From the human T2T-CHM13v2.0 reference genome, Homo sapiens: DNA of 64,000 bases. The notes beneath the pieces are model-generated. The model worked only from the letters and a program-made list of their open reading frames with translations. It was not told the DNA's origin and ran no database searches. The translations under genes were made by a program, and so were the position numbers. The stretch lies in assembly GCF_009914755.1 (NCBI RefSeq), contig NC_060928.1, one strand, 5' to 3'. How positions within the stretch are numbered: the first letter of the stretch is position 1; every line of letters starts with the position of its first letter. Below, in pieces: positions 52,041 through 64,000 of this stretch.

Positions 52041-53171
52041 GTGCTTACTGGACTTTTTTTTATGAGTCAGCTATGTGCCAGGCAATGTGTTAGTGCTAGT
52101 GGATAAGTGGCCTCTGTCCATGTGTGCATGGAGCTTCCAATCTAGAGAGGGAGAGAGACACTCCCTAGAGAGTATTGTGAGGATTAAACTTTAAAAGAGA
52201 AAAGAGCTGGGTCCTAAGATAGGATGTATCAAGGAAAATTGTTTTGATCTAGAGGGTAGGAGGATGGAATGTTTAAGCTGAGTCCTGAAATACAGTTCTA
52301 GCAAGATTTACTACTGGTAGAAATGTTTCAGGGTATATTGGTTGGGATGATGGTTAACAAATAGACTCTAAAGTTCAGTGACTAAACAAGACATAAGTTT
52401 ATTTCTCTTTCACTTAACAGTCCAGAGTAGGTAGTCAGGTTTTGCTCTGTAAAGTCATCCAGAGTCCCAGGCTACAATGGTGGTTCTGCCATTCTTCACT
52501 GCGGCTTCTACAGTAGCTCCATCGCCACTATGTCCAACCAGCAGGAAGGAAAGGAAGATGGACAACTAGGAAGAACTTATTTAAACAGAAGACCTGAAAG
52601 TTACACTTACCCAGGAAGGTCAGCTGGGTGTTTAGACATGCCATTGTTGAACTAGCCTGACTTGGTGTTGTCGTCATTCACTAGGATCTGAATTTTGTAT
52701 TGCTGCACTCTTGTCTGAAACATGTAGGTAATACAGAAATTATGTTCATATATATAAATTTTATATACCCTAAAAGTTAGTTTAGTTCAATAAACACTTA
52801 GAACTTGTACTTTTTTCCCCCTTAGAGATAAAAACATGGTTAATACTTTCATTCACTTACTTGTATTCTCATTCATTCAGCAATGTTCATCGAATATCAA
52901 CAACCTGCACTAAATTTCAGGCACTTTGAGGATGTTCATGAAACACAGCCCTTGATCTCAAGAGATTCAGAGTCTATTGTGGATCGGAGGGGAGCAAACA
53001 TCACAGTTTAGTGCAAAATAGAGAGAAAGATGTGATATTATCTGCATATAAATAAGTGCTGAAGAAGGTGGGGACTGTTCTCTGCCAAGAGAATGGGGAA
53101 AGGTTGTGGGAACAGAGCCATCTGAGAGAACTTGAATATTGATTTTATAAACAAAGAAGAACCTTCCGGTC

Positions 53172-53529
53172 TGATATGGTTTGGCTGTGTCTCCACCCAA
53201 ATCTCATCTTGAATCGTAGCTCCCATATTCCTGTGTATCATGGGAGGGACCCAATGAGAGGTAATTGAATCATGGGGGTGGATCTTTCCTGTGCTATTCT
53301 CATGATAGTGAATAAGTCTCATGAGATCTGATGGTTTTATAAATGGGAGTTCCCTTGCACACACTCTCTTGCCTGCTGCTATGTAAGATGTGCCTCACTC
53401 TTTGCCTTCTGCCATGATTGTGAGGCCTCCACAGTCATGTGGCACTGTAGGTTCATTAAACCTCTTTCCTTTATAAATTATCCAGTCTCAGGTATGTCTT
53501 TATTAGCAGCATGAGAATGAACTAATACA
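53172..53529 (+). mobile_element. THE1 solo LTR
   Basis: tgatatggtttggctgtgtc...aactaataca; TSD cggtc/cagtc. Confidence 0.9.
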
Positions 53530-54029
53530 CAGTCTATGAGAAAAGTCATAAATAGCTCAGTGTGATTGGCTAGTTTAGGGGTGGCAAATAGTCCAGAGTG
53601 GGTGAAGTAGCTAATCAATAGATAAATGAAAATAGAATGTTAAAAGAGAGACAAATTGTGAAGAACCTCAAATGTCAAGCAACATATATTTGAATTTGTT
53701 TAATAAATAATGGGAAACTAGTGCAGATCCTTAAGAGGGGATAGATGTGACTGGATCTGAGTTTCAGAAAGAGTGCCCTGGAGGCAGCATACACAGTTAA
53801 GTGGCAGCTGAACTTATAAGCATAGATGCAGGGTTTCCAGAGTAAATCCTGCCCCTGATGCCTGTGTGATGTTGAGCAATTGGTTTACCCACCCTGTGCC
53901 TTAACTTTCTCATCATTAAATAGGAATGATAATGATAGCTATTTCATAGAACTGTTGTGAGCATTAAATTGAGTAATTCATGTCAAGAGTTTAAAATAAT
54001 GTTTGACATTTAATAGGGATACATAAACG

Positions 54030-54032
<3 letters not shown>

Positions 54033-54082
<50 letters not shown>
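54033..54082. repeat. (CA)n(TA)n microsatellite
   Basis: Read directly. Confidence 0.95.
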
Positions 54083-54083
<1 letters not shown>

Positions 54084-55331
54084 CCTTGGAGAGAAATGGA
54101 AACAAATTAAGAAAACAGAAACATCTAGTTTGAGCTAGGCTAAAAAGGGCAGTGTAGATACAGGAACAAGGGACCTGGAAACAGATTATCTCGTGCCCAA
54201 TCGCAGATAAATTGTTTCTTAATTGTTCTAACCCTTTTTTTTCTCTGTAAATTAGAAATAATAACAGTGCCTATTTTATAGAATTGTGAGGAATTAAATT
54301 ACACAATACATGCAAAGTGCTCAGCAAAGAGCCTAGCATCTACTGATCACTCACAAGATGAGAATTTTCATTATCAAAAAGGATTTATTCTAAAAGCTTG
54401 AAATTCTATAATTTTTTACCTCTGAATTAGTTTTGTCCTTTATCGCAACATTGATGTAGTACAAAAAACACAGACATTATAACCAGGTAAAACTGATATA
54501 AATTTTTATTCTGTCACTTCAAAGCAGTGTAAATTTGGGCATATTTTTTCTAAAATTTAGGAGCACCTGTTTCCTCTTGAGACAATTATAATGCTTCCCA
54601 CAGTAAAATGTTGCTGTGAAGATTACCTGAAATAATTTGCATAAAGAACCTAGACTGGAACACAGTAAACACGTAATAGAAGTTGAATGCCCCCCTCCTC
54701 ACACATGCCTTTTTTTTTCTCTAACTCTCTCTCACATCTGCTCTGAGAGATTAAAAAGTCACATGCAACCTCAACCTGGGCATATCTAGTCTAACCAAGA
54801 CTGATGAGAATCCCATTTTAGTTGCAAGCAGAAGATTGAAAACAGAGAAGCACTGTTGTGAATCATGAGTTGTGGGTTCAGGCCGAGAAGGACAAAACCA
54901 AACTAACCCAATCCCTTCACTTGCCAAACCTCTTGCTGTTTGACCCCCGACTAACAGCTAACCAAAATTAGCCACAGACCGCTGATGAGCGTGTGAGCCA
55001 TTGTGCAACTTTTCCAACTGGATAGAACATGAAAAATTAAGGAGAGAAGGACCATCCAACAGAGAGGCAGTGAGGGCTGAAAATACAAGGGATGATTATA
55101 GTAGGCTTGGCAGGGGACAGGATATGCATTAATGTGGAGAGAGGGATTTTCTTTTTTCACATCAAAACACACAGAATTTGACCACCTAAGTGAACAAGCT
55201 TTCTTCATATCTGGGAGTCTTGATGACATAGTTTTTAAGAAAACTGGTTTAGGAATAGTGATTGCTGAGTTCAAACCCTGGCTCCACCATTTGTGAGCTG
55301 TTATAGCCTTGAGTAAGTCATTTAAAAGTTC

Positions 55332-55737
<406 letters not shown>

Positions 55738-56389
55738 TTAAATATTTAAAGATATTAGCTATTACAATTGTGATTTAAGTTTTTAGCTGGTCAGCACACT
55801 TTAAGGAGAGTTGAGGCAATTGTCTATTACAGATGGTACAGATGACAAATAAGATGAGTCAGGCAAGTAAGATGAGTCTGCTTGACTGATCTCATTTCTT
55901 AGATTTATTTAGTGTAGAATTAACCTAAAATTACTTTCTTTAAAATAATTTTTCTACTAGATTTCATTGTCATCCCAAGTTTTTAAAATTCTATTTTCCT
56001 GAACTTCTGATACATGACACTTTTCCGTTTCTGGAGAAACTTATCCTATTCACAACTTCTATCAAGTGACTTGCTTCTTAAGTATCTTCAGGCTTGGCTA
56101 TTGCTCATAGATCTTTTATCTAGCCCTTACCACTCCTCAATGTGGTTTGAATCTTACTGCCTTCCCTTCTGACTCTAATCTAAATAATAACCCTTGAAAA
56201 GAAAAGCTCAGTTTCACCTTCTAGCTATACAAGAGCATTCTCTTTACCTAAGTTAGAGGAAGTGCTCTCTTGTTCACTATTTAGCATTTTGTGGCTAGAG
56301 ACAAACTGGGTTCTCTGAGCCTGCAGAGGTAAAATAACAACTCTCACCTTCACCCATGTTAGAATTAATGAAAGAAACAAATCTCATAT

Positions 56390-56842
56390 CGACAAAGATT
56401 CTTTGCTTGACTAAACTTTAGTCAGCTCCTCTACCATCTCCTAAGCCCATCTGTGAATAGCCTTGTAAAATCTAGTATTAGCAAAGAAGCCTGCTAAATC
56501 AGGTTAGCAAGAACTACCCCATCCTTTTCCAGACCCCAGGTAGTGTCTAATCACTCTGGTCTGTCTTCAGCAACAATTCTATCAGGTCAGTCTAGGCCAG
56601 AATCCCCCTGGTGCCTGACGTTTCCTCTCAGTAATTTTCCATCCACTGACCCCCACCTTGCACCTTGGCTATAAATTCTCACTTGCTCCTGCTGTATTTG
56701 AAGTTGAGCTCAATCTCTTTCCCCTCTGAAAAATCACACTGCCATGGTCTCTATGGTGACCAAACCTATTGTGATGGTCTCGAATAATGTTTGCCATACG
56801 GTGCTTTAACAGGTATCACTAAATACATTTTTTTATTTAACA
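56390..56842 (+). mobile_element. MER31-like ERV1 solo LTR
   Basis: gacaaagattctttgcttgactaaactttagtcagctcct...ccttggctataaattctcactt...tttaaca. Confidence 0.7.
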
Positions 56843-58083
56843 ATGTGCATGAAACAACCAGAGAATAGAGTCCAGGTAATTATGAAAATAAGGAAGATAA
56901 TATGGTATACATGATATATGGATCCACCAGAGGCATGAGACTAGACATATTGCTTTCTGGGAAACAGCAGTTACTACAGCTGGGAAAGGGAGGGGAGGTA
57001 GTAAAGAAATATTTCTGTTGTCCAAATGGCTGGCTGGCAACACCACAGATGGGGGCATTCTTCTTGATCAACTGCAGTCCCTTCTTGCTACACAATGCAT
57101 CTTCCTCTATTGAGACTTGACAAGTAACACTTAGTTTCCCACATAGTTTACATAGGGCAATTTAATCCCAAAATAGCAGAAACACCAAGTGCTAGAGTAC
57201 ACTAATAACTAACATTTTTATATAGCATGTTGCAGTATAAAGATAACTTTTCCTTACATTGCGCTAATGTTCACAACCACCCTATGAGGGAATTATTATT
57301 ATTTCCATTTTCAAATGAGTAAAATGAAGTTAAAAGAAATTAAGCAAATTTCTTAAGGCCACTAATTTAGTCCCTAACCATTTCTGATTGGTTATTACCA
57401 TGTCCTGTCACCAAAGCCTGTACTGCTATGTTGCCTCACCTTTGGAATTAGAAAGAGTGTGGTTTTTTTGGTTTGTTGTGTGTGTGTGTGTGTGTGTGGA
57501 CAGGGCTTATTTTATGAAGTAATCCCATCATCTAGATCATTATTTTTATGGGGAAATCATTCCAAATACCAACTTGGCAATAAAATTTTATAATATAGCC
57601 CACTTATAAGTTGGAAACCTGTGTTATAAAATGCAAAATCTGGACCTGCAGTGGTATGTTTTATTACCTTAATTCTTTGTGAAGCAAAAATGTGTGGGTT
57701 TCTTTTCCAGTGTATTTTTTTCATGCACTGATTTAATTAGGCCTTTGAAAATCTATTTTTCTCTTTCATATCAGAATAAAAATTAGGTTAGAAGTGAAAA
57801 GATTCTATCAATAATAACATGTTTCTTTGGTAAGCTGTATAATGTGTTAATTTCCAAAGAACTTTCTGCTGCAATATCTCATTACAAAATTGTGCTTATA
57901 ATATATTTTGCTACATTATATTTGGTTTTAAAGTAAATATATATTTCATACTTTATTTCATTTTACATTCCTGTCTTTCTTATAAAAGGTCAAGTTTTTG
58001 GTTATAGACAATCAAACCACATTTGATTCAGTGAATTCTTAAGTCTTTCAACCTCTTGGCTGTCTTTAGAATACCCCATCACC

Positions 58084-58173
58084 TTTTCCATCCAAGTACT
58101 ATCCAGTCCCGACCTTGCTCAGCTTCCTAGATCAAACAAAAACAGCCACGTTCATGGTGGTATAGCCATAGAC
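58084..58173 (-). pseudogene. 3'-truncated 5S rRNA pseudogene (5S nt 1 to ~90)
   Basis: Reverse complement GTCTATGGCTATACCACCATGAACGTGGCTG...TGATCTAGGAAGCTGAGCAAGGTCGGGACTGGATAGTACTTGGATGG is colinear with 5S rRNA from nt 1. Confidence 0.92.
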
Positions 58174-58504
58174 TCTAATCACATTTCCACGGCGTTCCCT
58201 AACCACTTGTGCCCCAGCCAGGTTGCTTTCTTTGCTAAGAAATTTCACTAAAGATTAGAGATAAGTTTTTTAAAGTGTTTTGCAAAAGAGTCTTTACTCC
58301 CTTTCCAATGGTTCCAAAAATCTGTCAACATGTGGTTGACAGAATGAGTTTGCGTTTTCCTTTTTGTGGGAAGTGAATAATCTGGAAGATGCAATGTCAC
58401 CAATTAATATTTCACAAGACTTTGATCTCAGCAAACATTTTCACCAGTTGGCCAACATTTTAGAATGTTTTCAGCTGTTATATGACAGACTATAAAAACT
58501 ATTT

Positions 58505-60583
<2,079 letters not shown>

Positions 60584-62299
60584 TCAACAATGACTTACTT
60601 CTATTTTCCCCTCTTCTCCAGAAGAAGAACTCAGCCTGGATAGATTGCTTTGTAATTTGTATACTTTTCTTGTAGTTAGCACTTGATGTTGAGAAATAAA
60701 AAAGTAACTTGTCCAAATTTATAAAGTCACTGTCAAGATTAGGATTAGATCCCAGGTTTTCTGTTTTATTTTTTCTTCTAGTTCTGAGCTTGATATACAA
60801 GATTTTATTCCCCCAATTCATAATTCCATAAGGCCCCAATGTTGTAGTAATTATTTAGCTTTTTGCGTTTGCATCTAACTAAACCACTGTCTCACCTAGA
60901 TGGGCAGCTGTCATAAACAATATAGTTGGTATTTAGTGGGTTTCTGAATGCTCCCATAGCCATCTTCTTTGCAACTTACTGAGTTCTTCCTAGTCTTTGC
61001 TTAAAAAGTAAGATTTATTTGCCAGCTATTAACCTTCTATGAATATCTTTCTTTGTGTTATGCTATCTTCCTTTGCAATGTGAATTTAGCACAAAGTGAG
61101 CAATTGAATAGTAGAGTTTATCTCTTCACAATGAGCTAATTAAGGGTTGAGTTACAGTAGGGCTGAGAAGAATCACAATCTCATTTATCCCTAGGATCTT
61201 AGATTCTTCTCAGGTCATGTCTTTGAAACATATTGTAGGTTGCAAGATGTTCCCTCTCTCTTGTGTCTAGGTGTAAAGTGTTACATAATGATTCCAAGTA
61301 AAAGCCTGACCTCAGAGTCAGAGCCCAGAGCCAAGAAGAAGGCAAGGACTGGAAATTCAGGTGATGTGAAAGAACACATAACTGAACTTAAATGCAGGGT
61401 CTGTTTGGGCCGGGGGAAAAAAAAAAAGCTTTTCAGTGACCAGAGAAGCCAAAACAAACAAACAAACCCAAAAGATCTAGCATGAACCAGGAGTTAGAAG
61501 CCATATTTGAATAATATTATGGGGCAAAGAAGATGCAAGAAGCTCAAAGAGACAGGCAGGCAAGAAAGAATGTACAAAAGGCCAGACTTTCTGGCTAAGG
61601 TAAGTGGCAGCTCAGTCTAAACTGCATACAGAAAGCACTAAAGAATCCAAACCCTGCACTTAAGGCATAAAATGGTTGACTTGGGAGAAAACACAGTGCA
61701 GAAATTGGAAGCATTACATTGGCTTGTTAAACCAATTCCCGCTGGCCTCTGTTTGGAAATTAAATAGTCCTCTAAAGCATTAGAAATGTGGGATTCTTTT
61801 GGGAGTAAAAGTAACTACAAAAGCAGTAATAAGGGGCCAACAGGAAGAAAGAATAGACATAAAGTCCCATGGAACATTCTAAATAAATTTTTATTTTAAA
61901 AAAGCAGAAGCTTTAAAATAAAATCATGTTTATAGCATAGGAATTATAGTTCTATAACTACATCCTAACAGATAATCTTAAATAATTGCATAAAAGGCTT
62001 TGAACACAATGATGTCAGTGAGTATTTTCATGATAACAAATGAGGGCAACTTAAATTCTTAAAAACCAGGGCAAAGCTAAATAAATGATAACGTACTACA
62101 GAAAAAAAGTCATAATATAAAAACAATTTTAAATATTTTAAATCATACTGATATAGCAAGTGAAAAACATGAAAACTTTATGGTGGCATAATATTCTATA
62201 TATGCACAGAGCTTAAAAAATATAGACAATGATTTTATCTTAGCCATGCAATTATGGATGACATTTATTTTCTCAATTATTTTCTAAATTCTCTAAAGA

Positions 62300-62580
62300 G
62301 CATAGTAGCAGTATACATAATGCTTAAAAGTTTAAGATCTATATTTGGCTGTCTGGTTTCTCATTTTTAGTAACTTTTTAAAATGTTGACTATTTTACTA
62401 TCTTTGTGACCTTGGACATTTTGCTTATATTCTTTAGACCTCAGTTTCCTCATCTATGAAAATGGGATAGTAATAATATCTATCTCATACAGCTGCTCTA
62501 AAGATTAAATGAAATAATGTAAAATGTTTAGAACAGTGCTGGCATATAATTAACCATTTGATACATTTTAGGCATTCACT
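62300..62580 (+). mobile_element. MIR remnant
   Basis: tgtgaccttggac...cctcagtttcctcatctatgaaaatgggatagtaata. Confidence 0.75.
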
Positions 62581-62964
62581 ATTTTTATAAAAAGAATTAT
62601 AATTATTTTATTCATTTTTTATAATAATTTATTATCTAAATATTTAAATTCTAAAACAATGGAAACAGATACACTTATCTGTTCAATAAGACAGTTGGGT
62701 ATGGTTAAAAGTCCAATTTAATCACACTTGGTTTGCTTTGAGAAAGATATGAGAGAAATCTGATAAAAGGCACATTGGTCAAAGAGATAAGTGTAGTCCT
62801 TGCCCAAGCAAAGCATGCCTCTTCACTGTGGCTTTATTCATATCTGTTTCTTATGGATTGCACTAAACTAGTTCTCTCCTGATTGCTTAGTACTCTGAAA
62901 AGAACTGAGCTGATTAATAATGTGTTATAAGTGTGACATAATATGCTTAGAAATATAGATTCTT

Positions 62965-64000
62965 CCATTCAGGACATAGGCATGAGCAAGGACTTCATGT
63001 CTAAAACACCAAAAGCAATGGCAACAAAAGCCAAAATTGACAAATTGTGTCTAATTAAACTCAAGAGCTTCTGCACAGCAAAAGAAACTACCATCAGAGT
63101 GAACAGGCAACCTACAGAATGGGAGAAAATTTTTGCAATCTACTCATCTGACAAAGGGCTAATATCCAGAATCTACAATGAACTCAAACAAATTTACAAG
63201 AAAAAAACAAACAACCCCATCAAAAAGTGGGTGAAGGATATGAACAGACACTTCTCAAAAGAAGACATTTATGCAGCCGAAAGACACATGAAAAAATGCT
63301 CATCATCACTGGCCATCAGAGAAATGCAAATCAAAACCACAATGAGATACCATCTCACACCAGTTAGAATGGCGATCATTAAAAAGTCAAGAAACAACAG
63401 GTGCTGGAGAGGATGTGGAGAAATGGGAACACTTTTACACTGTTGGTGGGACTGTAAACTAGTTCAACCACTGTGGAAGTCCGTGTGGCGATTCCTCAGG
63501 GATCTAGAGCTAGAAATACCATTTGATCCAGCAATCTCATTACTGGGTACATACCCAAAGGATTAGAAATCATGCTGCTATAAAGACACATGCCCACGTA
63601 TGTTTATTGCAGCACTATTCACAATAGCAAAGACTTGGAACCAACCCAAATGTCCAACAATGATAGACTGGATTAAGAAAATGTGGCACATATACACCAT
63701 GGAATACTATGCAGCCATAAAAAAGGATGAGTTCGTGTCCTTGTAGGGACATGGATGGAGCTGGAAACCATCGTTCTCAGCAAACTATCACAAGGACAAA
63801 AAACCAAACCTATGTTCTCACTCATAGGTGGGAATTGAACAATGAGAACACATGGACACAGGAAGGGGAACATCACACACTGGGGCCGGTTGTGGGGTGG
63901 GGGTAGGGGGGAGGGATAGCATTAGGAGATATATCTAATGTTAAATGATGAGTTAATGGGTGCAGCACACCAACATGGCACATGTATACATATGTAACTA
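62965..64000 (+). mobile_element. 5'-truncated L1PA 3' portion, running off the window end
   Basis: ORF2 C-terminal peptide in ORF 62943-63566 with a premature TAG, followed by L1 3'UTR with G-rich tract. Confidence 0.97.

Noticed and set aside
58321-58343. 9-bp inverted repeat tctgtcaac-N5-gttgacaga
   Set aside because: A stem of this length is expected by chance in 64 kb, and there is no supporting context.

Overview
Human-type (primate) genomic DNA from the CXC-chemokine cluster, by gene content the chr4q13 cluster. Four chemokine loci lie on the + strand: a disrupted PPBP/CXCL7 paralog (PPBPP1, ~1.5-2.5 kb), intact PF4V1/CXCL4L1 (7028-7787), intact CXCL1 (23108-24173) with its kB/Sp1/IUR promoter and AU-rich 3'UTR, and a three-exon decayed ELR+ CXC chemokine gene (~34590-36430) that the ORF track misses. 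This fourth locus resembles rodent Cxcl15 (lungkine) and sits in the matching syntenic position; it is the main finding. The rest is repeat-rich intergenic DNA (Alu, L1, MaLR/ERV LTRs, Tigger3, MIR), with a truncated 5S rRNA pseudogene, a 152-bp local duplication inside a nested LTR and several candidate enhancer motif clusters. Repeat subfamily names and cross-species comparisons come from recalled consensus sequences, not from database searches.
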